This document shows, in pieces, positions 18,455 to 29,004 of a stretch of DNA of 64,000 nucleotides. The stretch is taken from the NCBI GenBank assembly GCA_963719425.1, contig OY970382.1, forward strand, positions 813,833-877,832. Reading direction: 5' to 3'. Both the position numbers and the translations under genes were made by a program. Source of the DNA: an uncultured bacterium. Its GTDB lineage: Bacteria; Patescibacteriota; Minisyncoccia; UBA6257; 2-01-FULL-56-20. The notes under the pieces were generated by a model. That model saw only the letters and a list, made by a program, of their open reading frames with translations, was not told the DNA's origin and did not search any database. The first letter of the stretch is position 1; each line of letters begins with the position of its first letter.

Positions 18455-20461
18455 GTGGATATTGACAGGTATGTAAGGGAAGCACGAGAGAAAGGCATGT
18501 CGGACGATGCAATCCGTTCCGCTCTTTTGAATATGGGGCAGAGCGTTAACGACATCAATGCAAGGTTCAGCAACGCGGGGCAGAGTATGGAAGTTTCGAC
18601 TGCGGCAAGTAATGGAAATACTATTCCGCCTGTTATTGCACAACCCGGCCCAAGTAGCAACGGGTTAAAACCGCAGCCGCAGCCACAACCACAACAGACA
18701 TCCCTTGATTCCATTGGTTCTCTTTTTGGTGCTACGTGGCGTCTCTATAAAGAGCGCTTTTTGGTTTTGATTGGCATCCTTATTGTCCCTACGGCGGTTA
18801 TCGGAATAGGCACGCTTATGATGAGTTATGGATTTCCGGCAAATATCGGGGGCGTTATCCTCATTGTTATTGGCTATTTGGTTTTCGTCGTGGCCTCGGT
18901 CGCTCTTGTCTTCGCGGTTGCCAAAGGGACCGGCGTCACGGAATCCTATCGCGGCGGCATTGCGATTTTTTGGTCAGTCGTTTGGATCGGACTTCTTATT
19001 TACTTTGCCGTCATGGGAGGGATGGTGATGCTCGTCATTCCGGGCATAATGCTCGCAGTCTGGTTCTTATTCAGCAATTACATATTGGTCATTGAAGGCA
19101 AGCGTGGGCTCGGTGCAATGAGCCAGAGCCGCGAATACACGCGGGGGTATTGGTGGTCAATTTTCGGGAGGTACCTCTTGCTCGCCATTTTGGCGGTAGT
19201 GATTGTTTTTGCTCTTTATCTGCCCGCCCTCTTCATTTTTGGGAAGGTGGTCGGCGCAATCGTTTACTTTGTCTTGCTTCTCTTCGTTATGTCGTTCTCG
19301 CTGGTGTATCTCTATGAGCTTTACCTGAATCTCGCCGCCTTGAAACCGGAACTCGCCGCAAGCCAGTCAAGGTCCGGCCGGGGATTCTTCATCACGAGCG
19401 CCGTCATCGGGCTCATCTCGCCGTTTGTCATCGCCATTGCGATGGCTTCTCTTTTTAGTCTTATCTTCCTCTCGATATTTAAAGCTATCCCAAAAAACTC
19501 GGTGCAGTTCCCTCCTTCTCTTGTCACGGTGTCGGTTCCTTCACCCGGCGGGACCGCGACGACAAATAGCTGCAACGACAATGACATGAACTGCCTTATC
19601 GCTGCGGCCCAAAAGTGCTCTCCCGCATCACTTGAGTGAACGACAACAGTAAACCTATTTAACGTCTTTAGCCAAACTACCCAAGCGCAACTTGCTTTAA
19701 GCGGCTTGAATGCTTCCGGGAAGTGCATCTTTTCGGACCGCACCGATAATGTGAGCTTGGCCATAACGCCTCATGTTGAGGCGCAAGCGAAAGCGCAGGG
19801 CATAACCGATGCTCAAATACAACAGCAATTGCAACAATCAAACGCCCAGGCGAAGCAAAGCATCGGGATCACTACCAAATGCACATTTACTATAAGTTAT
19901 CTTGTGCAAATGCTCACCAATTGGTCGCAGGGAAACCTCAGCTCCGATGATTTCGCTCCGGGCGATTGTACGGCAACGGATGCATCCGGTAAGTCCGTAC
20001 CAATCATGACAAACGGCTCCGTTCCTCTCGCCACGAAAACTCAGCAACCAGCATCGATAACTCAGAACCAGCCGACTTCAGCACCCGCACCGACTCCAAC
20101 TCCGCCATTAAGCCCTGCAAGCGCGACAGGTGTTATCCTTGAAGCCGCCGCAAACAACGCCTACCTTGAGGGGTCTTCTTATGAAATAAGCTGGGGCACC
20201 CCTTCGTGGGCTCCGGGCCTTCCAGTAAGCTTGGAGCTTTACCGCGGCGTCGCACCTTGTTCCTACAATAATCGTTACGGGCCGACCTATAAAGCTTGCG
20301 GCATAGAAATCGGTTCGGCTCCGATATACACGAGCGACAACAATACTGGCAGCTATGAATGGCAAGTTCCCCTGAATCTCACGGGCGGCGGCTACTATAG
20401 CATTGTTCTATTCTTCAACGGAGCGATCAGCGGCCAAAGTGCGCTGTTTAGTATCCAATAG
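18455..20461 (+). pseudogene. Multi-TM membrane protein with extracellular Cys/Ser/Thr/Pro-rich domains, interrupted by one in-frame TGA (19637-19639)
   Basis: ORFs 18431-19639 and 19706-20461 share a frame; the read-through ...SPASLE*TTTVNLFNVFSQ...NASGKC is otherwise open. Confidence 0.7.
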
Positions 20462-20789
20462 GATTGCCCACTACATATAGTGGGTGGCGTGGTGGGGTGG
20501 TCACCTTGTGAAGCGACCGGAGGTATGGAAATCTTCATTTTCAACCGCCACCGATCGTGATTTCCACTACTGGTCGCAGGTCTGGAATATAGATCGTGGT
20601 ATCGTTTTTCCGCCCAAACACAGTTCGTATAACCTCTACGATGGCACCCGGCGATTTCCCATTCTATGAGAAAGTCCATGCGCCGCTGACGTTCTGAAGG
20701 CAGATCCGGATGCACGCTGTTTGAAACAATTTGACCTAACAAGAAGTAGAATAGGAAGGTACCAAACTTTTTGCTTCCAGGAGGTTCAT

Positions 20790-21143
20790 TTGATAACGTG
20801 GCACGACGAAAGGGGAAAGGCGCGTAAGGTAAGAATCCTCGCGTTGAGGGGAAACCTTGTCCAAGGGAGTCCCCTTTGCTCTGGACGATTACAGCATGAG
20901 ATTCAAGAAGCTCTTGATGAAGGGGTGCTACGGGTCGTTGTAAACATCAAGACGATCCGTTCGATTGATGCCCTTGGTGTCGGCGAGCTTGTGAAGGCTC
21001 GCAGGATGATTGTCCACTCCGGCGGGGTTTTAAAGATCGCCGGGGTTACGAAAAAGATGGGAAATACCATTAAAGGGCTAAGGCCCGGTCACGAGCTTCT
21101 TCTGTATGAAAGCGAAGCGGCTGCAATTGAAAGTTTTGCGTAG
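20790..21143 (+). CDS. STAS-domain (anti-sigma factor antagonist-like) protein
   Basis: ILALRG...RVVVNIKTIRSIDALGVGELV...GGVLKIAG...YESEAAAIESF. TTG start follows GGAGG. Confidence 0.72.
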   Translation: MITWHDERGKARKVRILALRGNLVQGSPLCSGRLQHEIQEALDEGVLRVVVNIKTIRSIDALGVGELVKARRMIVHSGGVLKIAGVTKKMGNTIKGLRPGHELLLYESEAAAIESFA

Positions 21144-21212
21144 ATTCGCCGCGAGATCCATGTGGCCGGAGGAGAATGGGAGCCCTCCGAATACGGCTCC
21201 CTTTTATCATAA

Positions 21213-22619
21213 TTAATATCTATAGTAGTCGGGCTTGTAGGGTCCGCCTTGGGGGACGTTGATATAGGCGGCCTGCGCCTTGGTGAGTTTGGTGAGCTTC
21301 GCGCCGATTTTCTGGAGATGAAGGCGCGCCACCTCCTCATCAATTTCTTTGGGCAGGCGGTACACGCCGATCTTGTAGTGATTTTTCCACAAAGCGAGTT
21401 GGGCGAACACTTGGTTTGAAAAACTGTTGCTCATCACGAAGCTTGGATGGCCGGTCGCGCAGCCGAGGTTCACAAGCCGCCCTTCGGCCAAAACGTATAT
21501 CTCGTGCTTGTCGGCGAAAACGTACTTATCCACCTGCGGCTTCACGTTCGCTTTTTTCACGCCCCGCGCTGCGTTGAGACGGCCCACCTGCACCTCGTTT
21601 TCAAAATGGCCGATGTTGCACACGATCGCCTGATCCTTCATTTTTTTCATGTGTTCCAAGGTGATCACGTCCCTGTCGCCCGTGGCCGTCACATAGATGT
21701 CGGCTTTCCCCAGCGTGTCTTCCACGGTTGCAACCTCATAGCCGTCCATGGCCGCCTGCAGGGCGCAGATGGGATCTATTTCCGTAACAATGACGCGGCA
21801 ACCCTGCCCGCGGAGCGACTGGGCTGAACCCTTGCCGACGTCCCCGTAGCCGCACACGACAGCGGTCTTCCCGCCGATCATGACGTCGGTTGCGCGATTC
21901 AGTCCGTCAATCAAGGAGTGGCGACAGCCATAGATGTTGTCAAACTTGCTCTTAGTCACGGAGTCGTTCACGTTGATCGCGGGGAAAAGAAGCTTGTTCC
22001 GCGTGAGACGCTCATAGAGCCGGTGGACACCCGTCGTCGTTTCTTCGGAAACCCCTTTTATCTTTTTTGCGGCTTTCGTCCAGCGGGCGGGATTTTTTTT
22101 GTAAATTATTTTGAGCCGCTTTATAAGTTCTTTTTCGTCGGTGGACATGTTTGCGCGCTGTGCGCGGAGAATGGTGGGGTTTTTCTCCGCCTCCGCGCCA
22201 AAGTGCACCATGAGCGTGGCGTCGCCTCCATCGTCAACGATGAGATCGGGCCCCTTTCCATTCCCGAAGTCCAGCGCGCGGTCCAAAAACTCCCAGTATT
22301 CGGCAAGCGTTTCTCCCTTCCGAGCGAAGACAGGGATACCGGTTTTCGCGATGGCTGCGGCTGCGTGGTCCTGCGTGGAAAAAATATTGCAGCTTGCCCA
22401 GCGCACCTTTGCACCGAGAGCTGCGAGCGTTTCTATAAGCACCGCTGTCTGGACCGTCATGTGGAGCGATCCCGCGATCCGGGCGCCCTTGAGCGGCTTT
22501 CTTGCGGCGTACCGCTTCCGGAGCGCCATGAGGCCGGGCATTTCCTTTTCCGCCATTTCAATTTCTTTTCTCCCCCAGCCAGCGAGTGCAATATTTTTTA
22601 TTTTGTAGTCGTTCCTCAT
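21213..22619 (-). CDS. ahcY: Adenosylhomocysteinase
   Basis: [65 protein letters not shown]. Confidence 0.97.
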   Translation of the reverse strand: MRNDYKIKNIALAGWGRKEIEMAEKEMPGLMALRKRYAARKPLKGARIAGSLHMTVQTAVLIETLAALGAKVRWASCNIFSTQDHAAAAIAKTGIPVFARKGETLAEYWEFLDRALDFGNGKGPDLIVDDGGDATLMVHFGAEAEKNPTILRAQRANMSTDEKELIKRLKIIYKKNPARWTKAAKKIKGVSEETTTGVHRLYERLTRNKLLFPAINVNDSVTKSKFDNIYGCRHSLIDGLNRATDVMIGGKTAVVCGYGDVGKGSAQSLRGQGCRVIVTEIDPICALQAAMDGYEVATVEDTLGKADIYVTATGDRDVITLEHMKKMKDQAIVCNIGHFENEVQVGRLNAARGVKKANVKPQVDKYVFADKHEIYVLAEGRLVNLGCATGHPSFVMSNSFSNQVFAQLALWKNHYKIGVYRLPKEIDEEVARLHLQKIGAKLTKLTKAQAAYINVPQGGPYKPDYYRY

Positions 22620-23569
22620 AGTTTTATTTCGGCTCCGTACGTTCTTTTGAACCGCGCGCGGAAGTCCTTCTTTGTGAAAAAATGCTCCTGCGTCCCGGAT
22701 TGCTCAATGCAGAAACTCGCCGCGACGCTTCCCATCCGGCCGCAGGTCATTAGGTCGTATTGTCGTTCAAGTCCGGCCGAAAAGCCAGCCCGATAGGCAT
22801 CTCCCGCGCCCGTGGGATCCGCGACGCGCCGCGGTTTTGTGGGCGCGATTTGCAACGTTCCCTTTGCCGTTGTAATAACCGACCCTTTTTCTGCGAGCGT
22901 CGTCACGAGCGCCGCGGTTTTTCTTGCGATATCGCGCACGGTCCAACCGGTCCGCTTCACAAGCGTTCTCACCTCATAATCGTTTCCGATTGTAAGCGCG
23001 GAAAGCCGCACTGCTTCTCGTATCGCGGCGCCGCTCAAGGAGGCGGACCACTGGCCCGGATCAAACATCGCGGGAATACCGCGTGCCGCACATTCGCGCA
23101 TGTGGCGCCGCATGGTTCGCGCGTGTGAAGGCGCGACGATTGCGAACGCGATCTTTTCTTTCACGCCTACGCTTGAAATGGGCGGCGTGAGTTCCGGAGC
23201 CGCACCACTAAAAAATGCGGAGATTTGGTTGTCGTCCCTGTCAGTCGTGATATGCGCCGATGCTGTGAAGCGGTTCTTGTCCTGCGCGATATATCGCGTG
23301 CCGATCCCTGCGCGGCGCAGGTGCGCGAGATACTCCCCGCCATCCTTGCCGAGCACGGAGACGATGATCGGTTTGTCGCCGAGAAGCTTCAGTGTGTAGG
23401 CGATATTCCCCGCCGTCCCGCCGCGGCTTTTCATAAGCCGTTCCACGGGGAAGCAAACATTCAAAATGTGAATGTTCTTGGGGAGGATATAGTCTCTAAA
23501 ACGACCGGGAAAATCCATAATGTAGTCGTATGCGAGAGAACCGGAAACGAGTATCGCCATAGCATCCAT
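22616..23569 (-). CDS. PfkB-family kinase, probable adenosine/nucleoside kinase
   Basis: [32 protein letters not shown]; 4-nt overlap with ahcY. Confidence 0.85.
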   Translation of the reverse strand: MDAMAILVSGSLAYDYIMDFPGRFRDYILPKNIHILNVCFPVERLMKSRGGTAGNIAYTLKLLGDKPIIVSVLGKDGGEYLAHLRRAGIGTRYIAQDKNRFTASAHITTDRDDNQISAFFSGAAPELTPPISSVGVKEKIAFAIVAPSHARTMRRHMRECAARGIPAMFDPGQWSASLSGAAIREAVRLSALTIGNDYEVRTLVKRTGWTVRDIARKTAALVTTLAEKGSVITTAKGTLQIAPTKPRRVADPTGAGDAYRAGFSAGLERQYDLMTCGRMGSVAASFCIEQSGTQEHFFTKKDFRARFKRTYGAEIKL

Positions 23570-23603
23570 TCTATCACTCTATTCGGTGGAGTATACTCTT
23601 GAG

Positions 23604-24119
23604 ATGGACTCAGGAATGGCGCGCACGAAAATATCCCTTATCGCTGCGATGGGCGAGAATAGGGTAATCGGCTCGCGCGGGAAGATCCCGTGGCGCATGC
23701 CGGCGGACTTTGAGCACTTCAAAAATCTTACGATGGGCCACCCTGTCATTATGGGAAGGAAGACGTTGGAGTCCATCAAGCGGCCGCTTCCCGGCCGGAC
23801 GAACATTGTGATCACGACACAGAAAGATTTTAAGGCCGAAGGGTGCATGGTCGCAGGGTCATTGGATGATGCGCTGCGTCTTGCGGCGAGCGCTCCGGGA
23901 GCAGAAGAAATTTTTGTGATCGGCGGAGAACAAATTTATAAATTGGCGTTGCCGAAGGCAACCGTCATATATCTCACGACGGTGCACGGCACGTTTGAGG
24001 GCGATGCATTTTTCCCGGAATTCAGCGAGGCCGAATGGCAACTCGCCCAATCGGAGTTTCACAAAAAAGACGCAGAGAATCAACACGACTATACCTTCAA
24101 CACCTACGAGCGGAGGTAG
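23604..24119 (+). CDS. folA: Dihydrofolate reductase
   Basis: IAAMGENRVIG, IPW, VIMGRKT, LPGRTNIV, IGGEQIY, GDAFFP. Start is 23604 or 23616. Confidence 0.95.
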   Translation: MDSGMARTKISLIAAMGENRVIGSRGKIPWRMPADFEHFKNLTMGHPVIMGRKTLESIKRPLPGRTNIVITTQKDFKAEGCMVAGSLDDALRLAASAPGAEEIFVIGGEQIYKLALPKATVIYLTTVHGTFEGDAFFPEFSEAEWQLAQSEFHKKDAENQHDYTFNTYERR

Positions 24120-24267
24120 CCTCTTGCGCATATAATTGGAGCCAGATACTCAGGAAAATGGGGGAGCGGAAGCTAATAGCTTCAATGACTCTCGGTCGTT
24201 GACCTTTAAGCTGCACGCATTGATATTTTGGCTATGAAAGTGTATAAAACTATTAGGTCGGTATCCG

Positions 24268-24738
24268 TTGGTCAGTCGGAGGTGCAAATTGAGAGAGAGA
24301 ATCTATGCTCATTTTTTTGTGGCGATCCGGGTATTGTTGACGTCGTCGCTCATCTTCTTGTTGGGATGCAGTGCGTCGCCGACGGTATCGGTCAAACGGG
24401 TCGTGGTCACTGGTAACAACGCCAAGTACGTGGGCATACGCCTTGTCGAGAGTCTCCAGGGGCACGGTGTCCGCGTTTCGGAGAGCGTCGAGGGTCCGAT
24501 ACTCACGGGGACATCGAGGATGGAGAAGATGGAGAATGGGGTCTCGGTCTTCACCCTCGAGGTAAGCGATGGGGCGGGTCTGAAGATCAAGGAAGTGGTC
24601 AGTTCACAAGACCTCCTCAGTAGCTGGGACGTCATTCCCACGGCAGCGGATCGGGTAGCCGAAGAGGTAGTCAAGCAGTTGGCGCCAAAGCAACCGCCAA
24701 AACCTCAACCGGCGCCAGAGAACTACAGTACCAGTTAG
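24268..24738 (+). CDS. Hypothetical putative lipoprotein
   Basis: Hydrophobic stretch ending in a lipobox-like LLGC; start uncertain. Confidence 0.55.
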   Translation: MVSRRCKLRERIYAHFFVAIRVLLTSSLIFLLGCSASPTVSVKRVVVTGNNAKYVGIRLVESLQGHGVRVSESVEGPILTGTSRMEKMENGVSVFTLEVSDGAGLKIKEVVSSQDLLSSWDVIPTAADRVAEEVVKQLAPKQPPKPQPAPENYSTS

Positions 24739-24904
24739 CAAGACAATTCCGTTTGGAGGTGTACGGGTAAGTCTAAACACCTCCGCAAGTCTGAGTTCAC
24801 AAATATACTTGCGATTTCAGATTTGATTACCTCAAACATTTTTGTAGAGGCAACGTGAATGGAACCAGCGCGAGGGACGTGGGTGGGGAAAGCGTGTTGA
24901 TGCG

Positions 24905-25906
24905 CTAACCAGATTTCTTCTTGGTAAATTCTCTCCAAGAATCCGTGGCGAGACCGCCGATGGGCGCAAGTTCCGCCTTGATCGGTGGGTGAGGATCGTA
25001 ACCCGTGAGCGTTACGTGCTCCGGTTTGAAATCGTCAATTGTTTTTACCGCAGGATTGAGCGTCACCGTGGGGAACGGCCTCGGTTCGCGCGTGAGCTGT
25101 TCTTTAACGGCATCAAAATGATTTTCGTAAATATGGGCGTCACCGAAGGTGTGGATGAATTCACCCGGCTCGTTGCCTGTTACCTGGGCGAGGATGATGG
25201 TGAGGAGCGCATAGCTCGCGATGTTAAAGGGGACACCGAGGAACATGTCGGCTGTGCGCTGGTAGAGGTGGAGCGAGAGTTTGCCATTCTTGACGTTCGC
25301 CTGGTACATATTGTGGCAAATAGGGAAACGGCATGCTTCTTCGGGCAGGGCCATTTCGTAGAGGTATTCCGGATTCCAGGAATTCACGAGCGAGTTGTGG
25401 GCGTCGGGGTCTTTCTTCAAGTCCTCCACAAGCCACTGCACCTGGTCAATCGTCCGGCCGTTTTTTGCGGGCCAGTGGCGCCAGAGTTCTCCATAAATAT
25501 ATTTCAGGTCCCCGTGCTGTTTTGCAAATGCCGTGTCGCCCGCGATTTTGGCGATGAATTCTTCTTTGGTAAGCGGCGGGAATTCGCCCTTGTCCATCTT
25601 TTCTCGGTAAATTTTGTATGGATAGTCATCCCAAATGTGGACGTTCGCGTCCACGAGGTATTTTATATTTGACTGCCCGGACAAAAACCATGCGAGCTCA
25701 TAGAGGATACCTTTCCAATACACCTTTTTAGTGGTGAGCAATGGAAATCCATCCGCAAGATTGAACCGCATCTGGCGGCCGAAGATGCTCCAAGTGATAG
25801 AGCCGATTCCTTTGTCTACCTGCTTCACGCCGTGATCCAAAATGTCGCGGAGGAGGTCAAGATATTGATATTCGGGGTGCCGCGCACCCGCGGGAATGTT
25901 TGCCAT
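24905..25906 (-). CDS. thyA: Thymidylate synthase ThyA
   Basis: FPLLTTKKV, IWD, YGELWR, PICH, YQRTADMFLGVPFNIASY, GDAHIYENH. Confidence 0.96.
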   Translation of the reverse strand: MANIPAGARHPEYQYLDLLRDILDHGVKQVDKGIGSITWSIFGRQMRFNLADGFPLLTTKKVYWKGILYELAWFLSGQSNIKYLVDANVHIWDDYPYKIYREKMDKGEFPPLTKEEFIAKIAGDTAFAKQHGDLKYIYGELWRHWPAKNGRTIDQVQWLVEDLKKDPDAHNSLVNSWNPEYLYEMALPEEACRFPICHNMYQANVKNGKLSLHLYQRTADMFLGVPFNIASYALLTIILAQVTGNEPGEFIHTFGDAHIYENHFDAVKEQLTREPRPFPTVTLNPAVKTIDDFKPEHVTLTGYDPHPPIKAELAPIGGLATDSWREFTKKKSG

Positions 25907-25910
25907 GGTT

Positions 25911-26585
25911 CTACTCTATCACGAAGGTTTTTTCGGTACCATAATATTCCGGCCAGTGCGCGTTGTAGTAGGCGAACATGCGTTCCAGCCGCGCTTGGTT
26001 GAGCTCCTCAAGGCCAACGCTTTTTATGATTTCGCGAAGCTGCGCCTTTGTGCCATCCGCGCGCGAAGGGTCGTTTTCAATAATTTCAAATTCAGCGAGA
26101 TAGCCATAGCCGGCATTCTTGTCTATCGTCACATTGGCATCTGCAAATTTGTATTCTATCCGTTCGCGTGACCACTTTGCCTGGTAGGAAAAACCCGCGC
26201 CGAGTATCGCCTCGTCAAGTTTTGCGAGCGGCATGGCTACTTCGCGTTCAAATTCGCGGCGCGCGGTGCCGTTCGCGCTCGTCGTGTCGTCAATGGTCGC
26301 CTTGAGGACCAAAAGCACCTTCCCGTCCGCTTCACGCGTGCGCAGGGAAAAATCCCTCGCCCTCTTTGCAAGATCAAGGAATTCTTTCCGCTCCTCATCG
26401 TCGTGAATGACTTTTGCGACGGTGGCGAGATCGCCATCTCCTTCAAAGTAGTGGTTGAGTTGCTTATGAGAGCCGATCTTCCGCAGCTTTGGGTCCAATT
26501 TTTTCATCTGTGCCTCAAATCGCTCCGCGTTTTCACGGTTTCCCAAGAGACATTTGATCTCTATCTCGTATCCGCCGTTCTTCAT
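25911..26585 (-). CDS. CYTH (triphosphate tunnel metalloenzyme) domain protein
   Basis: N-terminal ExExK (EIEIK), LRTR, REFE, K..R..Y, YLAEFE. Confidence 0.8.
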   Translation of the reverse strand: MKNGGYEIEIKCLLGNRENAERFEAQMKKLDPKLRKIGSHKQLNHYFEGDGDLATVAKVIHDDEERKEFLDLAKRARDFSLRTREADGKVLLVLKATIDDTTSANGTARREFEREVAMPLAKLDEAILGAGFSYQAKWSRERIEYKFADANVTIDKNAGYGYLAEFEIIENDPSRADGTKAQLREIIKSVGLEELNQARLERMFAYYNAHWPEYYGTEKTFVIE

Positions 26586-27169
26586 CTCCGCTTTTTTGTT
26601 TTGGCCTCCTGCGAAAGCTTGGATGCAAGCGGCTTTTTCTGGCCAGCGTACTTTCCACTTTTTTTCATATAGTAGGGAACTTCCACCTTGCTTGACACTT
26701 CTTCAAATGTGAATGCGCACACCCGCATGCCGGGATAGAGGAGCACGGGCACGACGCCGAGGTTGCCGAGTTCCATCACTGGCTTCCCGCGCCAGCCGGG
26801 ATCAAAGATGGACGCCGTGCCGTGGACAATGACGCCGAGGCGCCCAAGAGAACTCCTTCCTTCGATGCGCCCTACGAGATCGTCCCCGATCTCAAGCCAT
26901 TCAAGCGTGGTCGCAAGTACGAGGTCTTGGGGGTGGAGCACAAAAGAGCCGCCCTTCGGAACCACGACGTCCTCCATGAGGGCCGCCGCCTGTTTCATAT
27001 CCTGGGTGTCTATATGCGGCACATGAGTGCGGCGGAATACACGGAACTCGTTGCCGAGCCGCAGGTCAAGAGAGCACGAGCCAAGCTGGGTTTTGAAATC
27101 CGGCGCCGGCGTGATCTTGATACGTCCCGCCTTGAGTGCCTTCTTGATGTCGCGGTCAGAGAGGATCAT
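26582..27169 (-). CDS. dcd: dCTP deaminase
   Basis: MILSDRDI, SLDLRLG, EGRSSLGRLG, DPGWRG, ELGN, KYAGQ. Confidence 0.95.
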   Translation of the reverse strand: MILSDRDIKKALKAGRIKITPAPDFKTQLGSCSLDLRLGNEFRVFRRTHVPHIDTQDMKQAAALMEDVVVPKGGSFVLHPQDLVLATTLEWLEIGDDLVGRIEGRSSLGRLGVIVHGTASIFDPGWRGKPVMELGNLGVVPVLLYPGMRVCAFTFEEVSSKVEVPYYMKKSGKYAGQKKPLASKLSQEAKTKKRR

Positions 27170-27297
27170 GGTAGGAAAATTGTAACGCGCGTATACAGAA
27201 TGGGCAAATCGCGCGCACAGGCCTGGACGACCTCCGAACGATTTTGGCCAAACCTAAGATTGTAAGCGGCTTATGAGCTTAGGTCTGGAGGGGCAAA

Positions 27298-27489
27298 CTA
27301 GCCAGCCCCTCGTTGGCATGCTGCCCCGCATTTTGCGATTTGAATGCGAATAGCCGCGGTACGAAGTTTGGCCATGACTTCCAGCCGATCGGCAAAGGGC
27401 AGTTTTTTGACTTCTTCCATGCCCCTTAGCACCTGGCCGTCAGTCGTAAAAGTCTGGATTCGGGCAATCAATTTTTCCTTCCTATTCAT
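27298..27489 (-). CDS. Small hypothetical protein (63 aa)
   Basis: MNRKEKLIARIQ... preceded by GAGGAGG. Confidence 0.45.
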   Translation of the reverse strand: MNRKEKLIARIQTFTTDGQVLRGMEEVKKLPFADRLEVMAKLRTAAIRIQIAKCGAACQRGAG

Positions 27490-27592
27490 AGGACCTCCTC
27501 TCCCAAGGACCATAACTAAACTACTTCTGCGCACTGCATTTGTCCAGAGAGTGCGCAGGAGAGGATTCGAACAAATGCAAAGCTAGCAAGAG

Positions 27593-28918
27593 TTAGTCAA
27601 TTCCGGGGACGGGAAACGGCGTCGCGAATTTTTTCACGGCATCGTGGATTTCTTTTATGAGTGGATGGTTGGGGAGCGATGCGTTGAACGCGCGCATGAA
27701 TTCAATGCGCTTTTCCTTGTCGGCGGGAAGTTCGTTCTTGGCGAACTCGTGTGCAATGCGGGCAATGAAGGAAGCGACGGTCTTCATGTGCTCTTCCTTC
27801 ATGCCGCGCGAGGTGATGGGTGGGGTGCCGAGGCGGATGCCGGACGGGTAATACGGCGGCGCGGGGTCGTTGGGGATGGAACTCTTGTTCACGCTGATGC
27901 CCGCTGCCTCCAGCGCTTTTTCCACAAACACGCCTCGCCCCGGGCCGAATGCGCGGAGGTCAATAAGCATAAGATGATTATCGGTTCCGCCCGAAATGAG
28001 CCGCAGGCCCTGCGCTTGGAGCTCTTTCGCAAGCGCCTTCGCGTTTTTCACAACTTGACGTGCATATTCCTTGAACTCCGGCAGCGTCGTTTCGTGCATG
28101 GCGACGGCAATGCCCGCGATTGTGTTCTCGTGCGGCCCTCCCTGCATGCCGGGGAACACCGCGCGGTCAATTTTGTCTTTCAATTCTTCTTTGCAGAAGA
28201 TCATCGCCGCACGCGGGCCGCGCAGCGTCTTGTGCGTGGTCGTCGTGACCACGTCCATAAGCGGGAATGGCGAGGGGTGTGCGCCTCCCGCGATGAGCCC
28301 CGCGATGTGGGAGATGTCAGCCATGGAATAAGCGCCGACGCTCTTCGCAATGTCGGCAAATTTCTTGAAATCAATGGTCCGCGGGTAGGCGGTGTAGCCG
28401 CACACGATCAATTTCGGCTTGTGCTCGCGCGCGAGCTTTTCAATCGCATCGTAATCAAGCACCTCATTTTTTTCATCAACCTGATAATGGACGAATTTGA
28501 ACAATTTCCCCGACATGTTGACGGGGGAGCCGTGCGTGAGGTGTCCTCCATGGTCCAGTCGCATCGCCATGATCGTATCGCCTGGTTCAAGAAGCCCGAA
28601 GTAAACCTCAAGGTTTGCGGGCGACCCGGAGTACGGTTGAACGTTCACGTGGTACCCCTCTGCATGGAAAACCTCCCTCGCCCGATTCTGGCAAAGTGTT
28701 TCCATCTCGTCCACGTTCACGCAGCCGCCGTAGTAGCGCCGTCCCGGATAATTTTCCGCGTACTTATTGCTGAGCACGCTTCCTATCGCCTCCAGCACCG
28801 CGCGAGAGGCGTAACTCTCAGAGGGGATGAGCTCAAGCCCTTCTTTCTGCCGCAACTTTTCTTTTTCAATGATTTCAAATACTTTTGGGTCCTCCTCTCT
28901 TAAATTTTTTTGCGACAT
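27593..28918 (-). CDS. glyA: Serine hydroxymethyltransferase
   Basis: NKYAENYPGRRYYGG, GGHLTHG, TTTHKTLRGPR, FPGMQGGP, SGIRLGTP. Confidence 0.97.
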   Translation of the reverse strand: MSQKNLREEDPKVFEIIEKEKLRQKEGLELIPSESYASRAVLEAIGSVLSNKYAENYPGRRYYGGCVNVDEMETLCQNRAREVFHAEGYHVNVQPYSGSPANLEVYFGLLEPGDTIMAMRLDHGGHLTHGSPVNMSGKLFKFVHYQVDEKNEVLDYDAIEKLAREHKPKLIVCGYTAYPRTIDFKKFADIAKSVGAYSMADISHIAGLIAGGAHPSPFPLMDVVTTTTHKTLRGPRAAMIFCKEELKDKIDRAVFPGMQGGPHENTIAGIAVAMHETTLPEFKEYARQVVKNAKALAKELQAQGLRLISGGTDNHLMLIDLRAFGPGRGVFVEKALEAAGISVNKSSIPNDPAPPYYPSGIRLGTPPITSRGMKEEHMKTVASFIARIAHEFAKNELPADKEKRIEFMRAFNASLPNHPLIKEIHDAVKKFATPFPVPGID

Positions 28919-29004
28919 TTTATTATTTTTTAATTTGTATATGGCAATTGTACCGCCGCCTCTCTGTGGATTCAAGCCAGGTTTGATGGTATGCTCTAAA
29001 CATT

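Noticed and set aside
19637-19639. UGA recoding (code 25/4) or selenocysteine as the cause of the internal stop
   Set aside because: TGA ends pcrA, tyrS, folD, rpsO and others at the expected positions, and no other gene shows an internal TGA.
27644-28903. Long antisense ORFs (419 aa opposite glyA; also opposite pnp, ftsK, hppA and ubiA)
   Set aside because: Shadow ORFs expected opposite GC-rich genes; no recognisable motifs.
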